A stretch of 64,000 bases of DNA from Candidatus Latescibacterota bacterium (GTDB lineage Bacteria > Latescibacterota > UBA2968 > GCA-2709665). The stretch spans positions 4,032,001 through 4,096,000 of the forward strand of contig OZ250150.1 of the NCBI GenBank assembly GCA_965237675.1, given 5' to 3'. A program made the translations under genes and the position numbers. Shown one piece after another: positions 8,776-17,884 of this stretch (position 1 is the first letter of the stretch; every line of letters begins with the position of its first letter). The notes beneath the pieces are model-generated. The model searched no databases and was not told the origin of the DNA. It worked only from the letters and a program-made list of their open reading frames with translations.

Positions 8776-10686
8776 CTAACCGTCGAATTCTCGGAGGTCC
8801 ACGTGGCAGACCTCGAATCCGGCGGCATAATACAGCGTGTGGTCCACGATCCGTAAGTATTCTCCCTCACCTTCGATCAACGGCGTGAATTCAACCTCGT
8901 GTTCGCACACCTGCATCCGACCGATCATTCCCCCGGCCGACGTCCACAGGGATCCCGTGGCCGTATCCAGCGCGACCTCCCGGCATCCGGGGGGCACCGG
9001 CCCCAGGCCGCGCAATACCCCCTCCCGCGCTTTCCAGGCGTAGAGCGTGTTGCGTTGAGCTGCAAGCACCTCGCCCGACGGCAGGACCGCCATCACCCGG
9101 GCGGCACCTTCCCCTTCTTCAATGGCCTGGGTACGGGTGACTTCCAGCCTGTCCATATCGAATGCCACCAATTGGCCGGTCGTCTGAGTGGGCGGCGCGG
9201 AGTTCGCATCGGCATAGATTTCCGTTGAACAGTAGACCCGACGGCGCTGCGAGTCGGTCACCACGGCATTTACCTTCTGATCGGGCACCAGATGTCGCCA
9301 GATACGGATGTCACCCGTCCGCGGATCAATCCGGCTGAGGGCGCCACCGAGATGCCCGTACTCCGGACTGGTGGACATCCAGACGTACTGCCCGTCGTTC
9401 ACGAGCCCCGTGGGTCTCATCTGCCCTTCCTGTTGCGCGCTGGCCAGCACGTGCGGGTTGCGGGGCCAGTCCGATGCCGCCGCGGGATCGAATGCGGTTA
9501 CCGACGAGGTCGTATAGCTGCTTTGCAGCACGCGTTGCGTGATCGGCTCCCAGATGATCTGGTTGATCTGCCCCCCGCCGGGCGCCGCGCGTCCGCAGTC
9601 CCTTCCTGCTCCCGTTTCCATGTTGATCATCCAGAACCGCTGGTTGATAAACGGGGCGCCAAAGATCATCTTCCTTTCCGGGACGGGGCACAGAGCGTGC
9701 GCGGCCATGGGACCGGTGGATTCCAGGTCGATGCGGTCCGTCCGCCCCGACCGTGTGTCGTATCGGAGCGCCACGCCAGAAAGCGTCACGCCGCACACGG
9801 CGTCCTCGCCCCACGGATGTATGGTTGCAGGCCCCCCATCCGACCAGCCCGGCGCCGCGACCTCCCACTTTTCCGCCTCGCGGTCCAGTGCATAAAGGGC
9901 GCCTTCCGCAGCGCTGTACGCATAAAGACGGCCGTTCACAACACAGGCGCCACCACTCAGACCCCCATGCTCGGGAGGCGCAATCCTCTGTTTCAATTCA
10001 AAGCCCGGATACGCCATGAAATGGAGTTCGCCCCGCACAAAGGCCGCAAATGTCTTGTCGTCCCAGAAAAAAGCGTCGGACGTGGAACCCACGCCCAGGA
10101 TGTTTTCAGGGGTGTGGGATTCCGCGGACATGGTCTCGATGTCCAGCAGAACCAGCCGCGCCTGCGGAACGTCGATGGCGAGCAGGACCCGGCCGTCTGG
10201 CGCCTCCACGACGCGGTGGCCATAGAGCGCGGTCGGGTATTCCGTGTCTATGGGTCGAAAGACTTTCACCAGCCGCGACTCCCGCCAATCGTACACGCCC
10301 ACGTGCCCGGGCGATGCTTCCCAGACCGCATACCGGTCCGTCACACAGCCGCCCCACGTGATGGACGTCAGTTCGCCGGTTACCAGAATTTCAAAACCGT
10401 CGGAAACCGGATCGTACCGAATCAGATCCCCGTTCCCGCAGCCCAGATAGAGGCGGCCGTCCGCGGCGGTTCTCAACATGTATGCGCCCGGCACGCCGTC
10501 GGGAAATTCCCGCACGCCCGTCGATCCGGTGTCCGGATTCCAGAAATAGATTCTGCCGCCCGAGCTTCCTCCCCACACGCTGCTCACCAGATGGATATCT
10601 TCACGAAACTGAACTGTTTCCACCTCGGCATTAATAAACGGCAATCGGCTATGGGGAATTGCGTATCGCTTAATGGAGGCCATCAT
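8776..10686 (-). CDS. Hypothetical beta-propeller protein (~635 aa), no obvious signal peptide
   Basis: Long ORF with repeated blade-like units (YFWNPDTG, RYDPVSD, RYDTRSG, RIDPRTG); GGAGG before MMASIK. The fold is an inference. Confidence 0.7.
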   Translation of the reverse strand: MMASIKRYAIPHSRLPFINAEVETVQFREDIHLVSSVWGGSSGGRIYFWNPDTGSTGVREFPDGVPGAYMLRTAADGRLYLGCGNGDLIRYDPVSDGFEILVTGELTSITWGGCVTDRYAVWEASPGHVGVYDWRESRLVKVFRPIDTEYPTALYGHRVVEAPDGRVLLAIDVPQARLVLLDIETMSAESHTPENILGVGSTSDAFFWDDKTFAAFVRGELHFMAYPGFELKQRIAPPEHGGLSGGACVVNGRLYAYSAAEGALYALDREAEKWEVAAPGWSDGGPATIHPWGEDAVCGVTLSGVALRYDTRSGRTDRIDLESTGPMAAHALCPVPERKMIFGAPFINQRFWMINMETGAGRDCGRAAPGGGQINQIIWEPITQRVLQSSYTTSSVTAFDPAAASDWPRNPHVLASAQQEGQMRPTGLVNDGQYVWMSTSPEYGHLGGALSRIDPRTGDIRIWRHLVPDQKVNAVVTDSQRRRVYCSTEIYADANSAPPTQTTGQLVAFDMDRLEVTRTQAIEEGEGAARVMAVLPSGEVLAAQRNTLYAWKAREGVLRGLGPVPPGCREVALDTATGSLWTSAGGMIGRMQVCEHEVEFTPLIEGEGEYLRIVDHTLYYAAGFEVCHVDLREFDG

Positions 10687-10812
10687 CCCTCCGATTATTC
10701 GGAACTCGTTTGTGATCGCCTGCAACGGGATCTCGCAGACTCGTCAGGAAATCAAACGTGTGATTGTTATAAATCACTATTGGGCAACGTATTAAAGAGA
10801 AATTCTCTCGCG

Positions 10813-11430
10813 TTACTCGATATGTCTCCGCACCTCGATAACCTTTCCCAGGATGGAAAACGGTTCTCCGTCGGCGCGGGGAACTATCGACTCGAAGGCT
10901 TCGTTTTCGGGGTGTAGTTCAACCCGTCCAGCTTTCTCCCGGTATCTTTTCACCGTCGCCTCCTCGCCCACCATGGCAACCACGATGTCTCCCGACCTGG
11001 CAGCCTGCTGCCGGCGAACGATGACGATATCGCCGTGCAGGATGCCGGCCCTGAGCATACTGTCCCCCTGAACCGTGAGGGCAAAGAGTTCCCGACCGTC
11101 GTATCGGGTTTGCTGCACAGGAAGATAGTCATCCGGACTCTGAATGGCCGCAGTCAGGTCTCCTGCCTGGACCCGCCCCAACACGGGAATCAGATGGGAG
11201 GAACGCACCCTGCCCATCTTGGGCAGTCGGTGTGACCTGGCCTTGCCGGAGTCTTTGACCAGTTTGCCCTCCAGAACCAGCGCCTCGAGATGCTGGCGAG
11301 CCGACTGAACCGCGCGGAATCCAAACGCTTTTTGCACCTCGCGGGTGCTGGGCGGAGTTCCATTGAGAATCCTGTCCCTCACAAACTCATAGATTTTTGC
11401 GCGTGTCTGTCCGGGCGGCGTGAACGCCAT
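10813..11430 (-). CDS. lexA: SOS repressor LexA
   Basis: N-terminal wHTH (PPSTREV...HLEAL), GRVQAG Ala-Gly cleavage site, catalytic Ser in GDSM and Lys in ATVKR; GAGGAG RBS. Confidence 0.95.
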   Translation of the reverse strand: MAFTPPGQTRAKIYEFVRDRILNGTPPSTREVQKAFGFRAVQSARQHLEALVLEGKLVKDSGKARSHRLPKMGRVRSSHLIPVLGRVQAGDLTAAIQSPDDYLPVQQTRYDGRELFALTVQGDSMLRAGILHGDIVIVRRQQAARSGDIVVAMVGEEATVKRYREKAGRVELHPENEAFESIVPRADGEPFSILGKVIEVRRHIE

Positions 11431-11494
11431 GGTGCGCTCCTCGAGTCGGTCAACAACCAAGAAACGGGGAACAAAGAAGGACCAGTGAAAAAAA

Positions 11495-11518
11495 ACAGAC
11501 AAGTATCTGTCTTGTCAA
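11495..11518 (-). promoter_or_regulatory. lexA -35 element with adjacent palindrome (candidate LexA box)
   Basis: TTGACA at 11518-11513, then ACAGAC-AAGT-ATCTGT (11495-11510, read on the plus strand) within the spacer. The -10 is poor (TTTTTT). Confidence 0.5.
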
Positions 11519-11588
11519 GAGTTTTTTCCGAACGGGTATACGCGTGTGTCCTTCGGCTTGCCCAAAAAGATCGCGATCTCCTCGCCGT

Positions 11589-11613
11589 GCCACAAACTGA
11601 CAGTTTGTGCTAC
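11589..11613 (-). repeat. GTAG-type REP-like palindrome
   Basis: GTAG-CACAAACTG-T-CAGTTTGTG: GTAG tetranucleotide followed by a perfect 9-bp inverted repeat; intergenic. Confidence 0.6.
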
Positions 11614-11772
11614 GACCCTCCGTTTCGATTGTGTGGCGGGCGCCGCTGCGGCGGTGACGTTCCAGTTCATGGACGTCCGGGCCGTGATAGCGCAATTCTC
11701 AACAGCGTTTTGCGGTGATGCAACTTGCTGAGATAGAGCCCCTTCCTCCGTTCGACGGATCCTCAACCGACG

Positions 11773-13638
11773 CTATTCGAAGATCCACGTCCCGAAGTTC
11801 TCGAACTCCACGCCTCGGTTGTAACGGGTCTGTGTCCACACACTGAACTCGAGCACACCGGTTGAGGGGCGGCGGTGGGTCCAGCGGTGCAGGTTACCCC
11901 TGAGCCGGTTGCCTGGTCTTGGCGAAGCGATCTCCAGCGTCGCCCAGGGAATTGCGATTTCCGCCGACCAGGAATCCGTTCCCTTCCGCGTTGCGGTCCG
12001 ATATTCCCCTTTCCAGGTGGAATCCTGCCCGTAGATCTCCCTCCCTGTGGCGATATCGCTACCATGTCCCCTCCGTCCCGTTTCGGTCCGCGAGTCCCAG
12101 CGCGAATTCGCGAGATCCAGCCGGATATGGTAGTAGGCCGTTGCCGCCTCGTCGGCGGCGATGACAACCTCCACCTGGTCTGCCCTGCCGCCCAGATCGG
12201 TAAACATCGCGGGGTGGGTCTTTTTCATCTCGGGTTCATCACAGCGGAAAGCCATGTAAAGCGCCGTGTCATCGTACGTCATGAGTGCCTCGGTTACCGT
12301 CTCCAGCTTTTTCACCCGTGCGGCGACGTAGTTGACGAAGGGCCCCGAAGACGCCGCCTCTTTCCACGCCTCGTCCGTCAAATCCCCATCGATGTCCGGC
12401 GGAGAGGTGCGAAGTCGCGAAATCTGCAACGCCTTTGGCTGAATCGGCCGGTTCTCGGCTCTTGTCTTACCCAGGTGGCCCTTCCTGGCAATCTCGTCCA
12501 CGTCGAAACCCAGCGGCTTTCCCTCCGCGACTTTCTTCTTTGCAGACCTGAGGGCGTCTTCCAGATAGCCGGGTAGGTTCCGTCCATTCCACCAGTCCAT
12601 GCGCTCGCTGTAGACCCAAACGTACCGGTCACTGCTCACGAGCGACCAGTAGGCATTGTGTTCCACCCACCGCGCCCGTTCCCCGGGCGTAGTGTAGGTC
12701 GCTTCGGTATGGTTGGCCATGGTGCCGCAGAGATAGTCCAGGTAGACGGCGTGCCCGACCTGAACCTGCCGGCGGTACTTGCCGCGTAGCTCCTGGGGAA
12801 TCAACGCCTGTCCCGTCTGGCGGATGCTGTGGTAGGCCCGGAAATAGTGCAACTCGCGGTTGTAGTAATAGGAGTGCTCGTCCCCGTCCACGAAAACGGT
12901 CCCGGGATCGGCGGCCTCGAGCATCCCGTTCATAAAGGCGGGCAGGAGGCCATAGTAGTCCGATTTGAGAATGGCTTCCCTCTTGTGTGGGTCGGTCTCC
13001 AGCGCGGCCTCCTGGAACCGGGGCATCGACGTCCAGAAGAGGGTGAGAATGACCGGATTTGGAAATTCCTCCTCGATCCGGTCCATATACTGTGCGCCCC
13101 GTTTCCGCACCATCCGCTCGTACTCGGCAAAGCTCTTCTCCTCCCGGTGCTTCTGCCACTCATATTTCCACGCGCAATACGGCCGCCCCCAGTAGACGAA
13201 CTCCGGATCGAAGGCGAGTCCCACGCAGCCGCCCACCCGCGCGGCCTTCGCGCACCAGCCGATATTGCGCAAAAAGGGGCTGTTCTGCCCCCAGAGCGCA
13301 TTGTCGAACCAGTCCACGTTGTCGTCGCAGTGGAAGTAGATGAAGTTGTCGGTGAACTTCTGCCACTCGATCTTTCCCATCATTTCGATCTCAGCGTCGG
13401 CGGCAGCTTCGGTCAGGTCCACCATGTAAAACGTGTGGCCGAAGGTCGGACGGATCAGAATCCCGTCGAAAGGGCGTTTCTCCATCTCCCGGATATGCTC
13501 CGCCACGTAGCTCGGGGGCTTCAGATCCCATCCCAGCTTAACCAGCTTCTTGGGGGCCGTTCCGCCGTAAGCCTTTAGCGGCCGGCCAACCAGTACCAGG
13601 AATATCAGCGACCATCCGATGACCATCCACGGTACCAT
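11773..13638 (-). CDS. Secreted hypothetical protein with C-terminal CBM9-like sugar-binding domain
   Basis: Hydrophobic signal-like N-terminus. C-terminal PPDIDGDLTDEAW...YDDTALYMAFRC...WSAEIAIPW is the CBM9-like pattern. The N-terminal ~400 aa are unassigned. Confidence 0.75.
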   Translation of the reverse strand: MVPWMVIGWSLIFLVLVGRPLKAYGGTAPKKLVKLGWDLKPPSYVAEHIREMEKRPFDGILIRPTFGHTFYMVDLTEAAADAEIEMMGKIEWQKFTDNFIYFHCDDNVDWFDNALWGQNSPFLRNIGWCAKAARVGGCVGLAFDPEFVYWGRPYCAWKYEWQKHREEKSFAEYERMVRKRGAQYMDRIEEEFPNPVILTLFWTSMPRFQEAALETDPHKREAILKSDYYGLLPAFMNGMLEAADPGTVFVDGDEHSYYYNRELHYFRAYHSIRQTGQALIPQELRGKYRRQVQVGHAVYLDYLCGTMANHTEATYTTPGERARWVEHNAYWSLVSSDRYVWVYSERMDWWNGRNLPGYLEDALRSAKKKVAEGKPLGFDVDEIARKGHLGKTRAENRPIQPKALQISRLRTSPPDIDGDLTDEAWKEAASSGPFVNYVAARVKKLETVTEALMTYDDTALYMAFRCDEPEMKKTHPAMFTDLGGRADQVEVVIAADEAATAYYHIRLDLANSRWDSRTETGRRGHGSDIATGREIYGQDSTWKGEYRTATRKGTDSWSAEIAIPWATLEIASPRPGNRLRGNLHRWTHRRPSTGVLEFSVWTQTRYNRGVEFENFGTWIFE

Positions 13639-13873
13639 GTCTCGACCCCTTGTCTGATGTTCATAATACCAAGAGCAGCAAATAGCTGACATTAATTCCG
13701 CGGCTACAGTGAAATGTGACGTAGACTATAAGGTGCTCCCCGAAATAAATAGCAAGCACACCATATTGCCAATGTTATCGAGAAAACACCGCCAGTACGG
13801 AGAGCCCGGAAAACAGGGACTACGTACGCTTGGTCCGATCTGCAGTCCTGCGTCCTTCGCGACCCTTCGCCGT

Positions 13874-13915
13874 CCCTTCGACACTCTTCGACAAGCTCAG
13901 GGCGCCGGCTCAGGG
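13874..13915. repeat. Nested REP-like CCCTTCGACAAGCTCAGGG repeat
   Basis: CCCTTCGAC...CTTCGACAAGCTCAGGG...GCTCAGGG. The TTCGACAAGCTCA core recurs at 48217-48229. Confidence 0.55.
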
Positions 13916-13925
13916 CAGTGCTTAG

Positions 13926-14085
13926 CAGCCCGTTGAAAAAGTCCATCCGGGCTGCGGCCGGCTCTTGTGGCAGAATTACAGCGTTGCGCTCCCTCCCCGA
14001 ATCCCCCGATTCGACTCGGTCGCGCGCCTTGTCTTCGGTCACAATGGCTCGGCCTCGCCTGCAGAGCAACTTTATCAACGGACTG
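13926..14085. mobile_element. MITE (160 bp), IS5-family-like ends
   Basis: Terminal inverted repeats CAGCCCGTTGAAAAAGT / CAGTCCGTTGATAAAGT (15/17) flanked by a TTAG direct repeat (13922-25 and 14086-89); no coding capacity. Confidence 0.75.
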
Positions 14086-14158
14086 TTAGGGGCCGCAGGC
14101 TCGGAGAGCGGCTCAGTGTGCAGGCCGGAATCCTCAAAATACGGACAGATTTTTACGT

Positions 14159-14195
14159 AACAAGGGTTTACGTCAGATCGACATAAACCCTTGTT
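14159..14195. terminator. Hairpin immediately 3' of tRNA-Pro(CGG)
   Basis: AACAAGGGTTTA...TAAACCCTTGTT, 12-bp stem. Confidence 0.55.
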
Positions 14196-14200
14196 TTTTT

Positions 14201-14277
14201 TGGTCGGGGCGCCCGGATTCGAACCGGGGGCCTCCTGCTCCCGAAGCAGGCACTCTACCGGACTGAGCCACGCCCCG
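14201..14277 (-). tRNA. tRNA-Pro(CGG)
   Basis: CGGGGCG acceptor stem, anticodon arm CCTGC-TT-CGG-GA-GCAGG, GGTTCGAATCC T-loop, encoded CCA. Confidence 0.98.
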
Positions 14278-14385
14278 AATTCGACTCTTAAAATACAAGA
14301 AACCGTTCTGGTGGCAAGGAAAATCTCCGAAATGCTCAGACAGCAGGCAGCGTGCAGCGAAAAAATCGACGACCCGCCACCACGA

Positions 14386-14410
14386 GGCCAACCACAAGGG
14401 TTGCCCCTAC
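14386..14410 (-). repeat. GTAG-type REP-like palindrome
   Basis: GTAGGGGCAACCCTTGTGGTTGGCC, 3 nt after the DUF368 stop. Confidence 0.6.
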
Positions 14411-14413
14411 AAT

Positions 14414-15340
14414 TCAACGGCGGCATTCCGATAGCCGGCTCAGCACGACCACGATCGCGAAACCCGCCACGGCCAGACCGACCGCAGCGGCGAATTCCCC
14501 GTCTATTGTCCGGGGCAGCGTGTTCAACTGCACCTGGCGGGCTTCGACGGCAAGCGCCGAAACGTCCTCCTTCCAGGGCCAAATTTTCCGCAAAGAACCG
14601 GCCATGAACCCTGTCAACGTTGCAACGGTCAGATCGTGGTGGCGCCTGAAAATCCAGGCCAGAACCCGGGCAACACTCAGAATCCCAATGGACGCGCCTG
14701 CCACAAACAACACAATCGGAAAGAGATCCCACTGGTTCAACGCGGCCAGCAGATATTCGTATTTGCCCAGCAGCACCAGAATAAACGAACCTGAAATACC
14801 CGGCAGGATCATCGCCGATATGGCAATAACGCCACAAAGGAAGAGAAACCAGGCCGCGTCCGGGGTTTTCGCCGGTGCCAGGCCTACAATAACATAGAAC
14901 AGCGATCCCGCCGAAAGTGCCGCAATGGCGGTTGGGCCGCGCCAAACGGCGACCCGTTTTCTCACCACGAAAACCGAGGCCAGAACCAGCCCGAAGAAAA
15001 ATGCCCAGATCAGTTCCGGCCGATGGTGGAGCATCCACTGAACGCCTCGTGCCAGGGTCACGACGGCCAGCAGGATGCCCGAGAGCACGGGGACCAGAAA
15101 CCGCCACGGAATCTTATTCAGTGCCTCGTTGAATCTGAGCGTAAACAGCAATTCGGCAAAGCGGCGATCGACCGTACGTATCGAAAAAATAAACTCCTCG
15201 TAAATTCCCGTGACGAAAGCGATCGTACCGCCGGAAACCCCGGGAATCACATCCGCTGCGCCCATACAGACGCCGCGCAGTCCGAGGCTCGCATAGTACT
15301 GCCAGCCCCGCCGCGCGAATGTTGGTTCTGTATTTCCCAC
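14414..15340 (-). CDS. DUF368 family membrane protein (undecaprenyl-phosphate translocase family)
   Basis: Two signature motifs, MGAADVIPGVSGGTIAF and AMILPGISGSFILVLLG. GTG start 15340 with GGAGG; the track's extension runs into a tRNA. Confidence 0.92.
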   Translation of the reverse strand: MGNTEPTFARRGWQYYASLGLRGVCMGAADVIPGVSGGTIAFVTGIYEEFIFSIRTVDRRFAELLFTLRFNEALNKIPWRFLVPVLSGILLAVVTLARGVQWMLHHRPELIWAFFFGLVLASVFVVRKRVAVWRGPTAIAALSAGSLFYVIVGLAPAKTPDAAWFLFLCGVIAISAMILPGISGSFILVLLGKYEYLLAALNQWDLFPIVLFVAGASIGILSVARVLAWIFRRHHDLTVATLTGFMAGSLRKIWPWKEDVSALAVEARQVQLNTLPRTIDGEFAAAVGLAVAGFAIVVVLSRLSECRR

Positions 15341-15455
15341 GTATTCCAGGCCTCCCGAATTGTCCGGCTCCGTTTCAAGACCCACCGACGGTTTCGAGAA
15401 CGGAGCGGCCGGTTGTCCTTTCGGCTCCGGGTGTGCCCGGAGAGTCCGCCCCGCG

Positions 15456-15490
15456 AAAAACAGGGACTCACGATCGACGTCGTGAGTCCC
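15456..15490 (-). terminator. Rho-independent terminator after tRNA-Pro(GGG)
   Basis: GGGACTCACGA-loop-TCGTGAGTCCC followed by TGTTTTT on the minus strand. Confidence 0.75.
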
Positions 15491-15498
15491 CTTTTGTA

Positions 15499-15575
15499 TG
15501 GTCGGAGCGACTGGATTTGAACCAGCGACCCCTATCACCCCAAGATAGTGCGCTACCGGGCTGCGCCACGCTCCG
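15499..15575 (-). tRNA. tRNA-Pro(GGG)
   Basis: CGGAGCG acceptor, CTATC-TT-GGG-GT-GATAG anticodon arm, GGTTCAAATCC, CCA. Upstream TTGACG-17-TAGATT promoter (15632-15604). Confidence 0.98.
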
Positions 15576-15723
15576 ATCTCAACTCGATTCCTGTCGGAGC
15601 GAAAATCTAAACGGTCTTGCCATCGGCGTCAAGTGAAATGTTGCCCATGATGGCCGGGCGACCCGAACCGATGTCGCGTACGGATCACCACAAACCCGAG
15701 ATACACCTGCATTCGCGAGCGTC

Positions 15724-17013
15724 TCATTCGGCCTTGTAGTACAGTGAATTATAGTACCGTTCGGCGATGACCTTACACAGGATATTGACGACGGCCGCGG
15801 CGGGGATCGCGATGAGCATTCCGATGAATCCCCAGAAATGGGCGCCGACAACCAGCGCAAACATCACCCAGACAGGATGCAGCCCGACACGTTTCCCCAC
15901 CACGCGAGGCGACAGGAAATTGCCTTCGATGCCCTGCACGATTGCGAATATACCGATAACTCTTACCAGGCTGCCCGCGGGATCCGCGTCGAGTATGGCG
16001 ACCAGGCACGCCACGCTGAACGCAACCGCCATTCCGATGTAGGGAATGAGGTTGAAAAGCCCGGCCATAAGGCCCAACAAGACGGCGTAGCGGATACCGA
16101 ATACAAGGAGGCCAGCGGAGGTCAGCACCGCGATAAAGGTGCTGACGAGCATCTGCCCGCGAAGGTATTGACCCAAAACTTCGTCGACTCGCGTCAGCAA
16201 TTCGCCGACGGATGCCACGTGCCGTCGGGGAAGAATGCGCACGAGCGTCTGTTTGATGCGCTCGTAATCCTTAATCGTATAAAAAGTCACGAAGGGTATC
16301 ATCAGAAAATTCAGAAGCGTGACCAACCCGGAACTCAACCCCTTGAGGGCCGCAGTCGTCTGCTCGGCGAAAAGCTCACCGAGTTTCGGCAAACGTTCCA
16401 GGAGCAGTTGTTGTATCTCGCCCTTTGGGAGTCTTACCCCCAGCGATTGCAACCAGAAAAAGAACCGATCGTAAAGTCCCTTGAGCATGGCCGTGTATTT
16501 TGGAACCTGCCGGCCGAAATCGAGGATTTCGTGAGTGACCAGGGGAATGACAACGATGCCGATGCCGGACAAGACGCCCAGGATGACCAGCAACATCAGA
16601 GCGATGGCGATTGTGCGTGACATCCAGCGTTCCATCAGGCCCACCAGCGGCGACAACAAGTAGGCCAACACGAACGAGGTCACGAACGGCCAGAACAACC
16701 CGGCCATGTCGCCCAGAAGCCAGGCACCAAACAGCAAAACCACCACAACCCCTATCCCCGCTTCGAACCGCACGCCTTTCCGCACCAGAAGAAGTACGAT
16801 TAGCAGCGTAAGGCCGATCAGGAAAGGAGAAAGATCCTGATGAAGCACATAGAGGAAGCCAACCAGAAACATGAGAATTACGGTACGAAAAAAGGATTTG
16901 TCTCCAGACAAAAAGCCCGCCAGGAACTCGTCCGACTTCGGAAGCGGCTGATCCGCAACCGAGTTCTTATCGCCCTTTTCTCGACCGGGTTCTTCCTGAG
17001 AGTTCATGGTCAT
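15724..17013 (-). CDS. AI-2E family transporter (PerM/YhhT-like)
   Basis: LAYLLSPLV, YLRGQ, LIPYIG, EGNFLSPRVVG...LHPVWV, GMLIAIP. Confidence 0.92.
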   Translation of the reverse strand: MTMNSQEEPGREKGDKNSVADQPLPKSDEFLAGFLSGDKSFFRTVILMFLVGFLYVLHQDLSPFLIGLTLLIVLLLVRKGVRFEAGIGVVVVLLFGAWLLGDMAGLFWPFVTSFVLAYLLSPLVGLMERWMSRTIAIALMLLVILGVLSGIGIVVIPLVTHEILDFGRQVPKYTAMLKGLYDRFFFWLQSLGVRLPKGEIQQLLLERLPKLGELFAEQTTAALKGLSSGLVTLLNFLMIPFVTFYTIKDYERIKQTLVRILPRRHVASVGELLTRVDEVLGQYLRGQMLVSTFIAVLTSAGLLVFGIRYAVLLGLMAGLFNLIPYIGMAVAFSVACLVAILDADPAGSLVRVIGIFAIVQGIEGNFLSPRVVGKRVGLHPVWVMFALVVGAHFWGFIGMLIAIPAAAVVNILCKVIAERYYNSLYYKAE

Positions 17014-17033
17014 ATCGACACCTGTGACCCCGT

Positions 17034-17882
17034 CTATTCCGTATTTTCCTTTTTCTCATCCTTCGGCAGGACCAGAAACGTTTCGGACCGGATGTCTACA
17101 TTGAAAATGCGAAGGTAGCGGCCGTGGTGGAGTCCGTCCACCTCCCCGATCACCTCCAGCACTCCGTCGCCGTCGATATCCAGATAACCCAGCCGGTCGC
17201 CGAATCCGTCGGCAAAATACCACTCCACGATGAGCGTCTCGAGGTCCACGACCACACCCGTATTCAGTACCGCCTCAAGGCCGTAGTCGTCATCGAAATC
17301 CGCAATCACCATGCTCTGGGCGTGGATGGATTCTCTGGGGATCACGTCGCTGATACCCTGTTCGTACAGCTCGAGACAGTCGTAAATGTGGATGTGCATC
17401 TCGCTGTGGCCCGCACCTCTGGCCAGGTAGACGAGCTCCAGTTGCGGATCATCGTCCACATTCGCTATCGCGACGAAGGTGATATCCACCTGGATCTGCC
17501 ATATAAAACTGTAGTCTTCCGCGCTGTACAACACGATATGCGTGAACGTGTAGGCGACAATCTCGAATTTGCCGTCTGCGTCGACGTCTTCGACAAAAAC
17601 ACCCAGGACGGCCGATCCCAACGACTCGCTCTTCCACTCTTCGTATCCGCGTCCTTCAACGTACCTCACGACATGCAGGCTGCCCAGTGCATCTCCGTAA
17701 ACGATCCGCAGATTGGCTTCTTCGCCCGGTGGCAGGATCCGAAGCTGAGGCATTTCATCGAGGTGTCCGCCCCATGGGAACCGCCCGGTATCCCGTAAGC
17801 TGTGCCAGTCGGGATTGCCCGCACTGGCGGGCATCTGGCCAGACAGCAAGATAAGTACGACCATCCAGAATTGATATCGCAT
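17034..17882 (-). CDS. Secreted FG-GAP/VCBS-type Ca-binding repeat protein
   Basis: Signal peptide ending ...PASA; repeats DVDADGKFE, NVDDDPQLE, DFDDDYGLE, DIDGDGVLE; paralog of the N-terminal part of 17885-19039. Confidence 0.8.
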   Translation of the reverse strand: MRYQFWMVVLILLSGQMPASAGNPDWHSLRDTGRFPWGGHLDEMPQLRILPPGEEANLRIVYGDALGSLHVVRYVEGRGYEEWKSESLGSAVLGVFVEDVDADGKFEIVAYTFTHIVLYSAEDYSFIWQIQVDITFVAIANVDDDPQLELVYLARGAGHSEMHIHIYDCLELYEQGISDVIPRESIHAQSMVIADFDDDYGLEAVLNTGVVVDLETLIVEWYFADGFGDRLGYLDIDGDGVLEVIGEVDGLHHGRYLRIFNVDIRSETFLVLPKDEKKENTE

Positions 17883-17884
17883 GG

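Noticed and set aside
9292-10917. 541-aa plus-strand ORF
   Set aside because: Antisense to the beta-propeller gene and lexA; typical high-GC shadow ORF.
11773-14277. Integrative element at tRNA-Pro(CGG)
   Set aside because: No integrase and no duplicated tRNA 3' end was found by eye.
13704-15107. 467-aa minus-strand ORF
   Set aside because: Runs out of frame through DUF368, a tRNA, a MITE and REPs; not protein-like.
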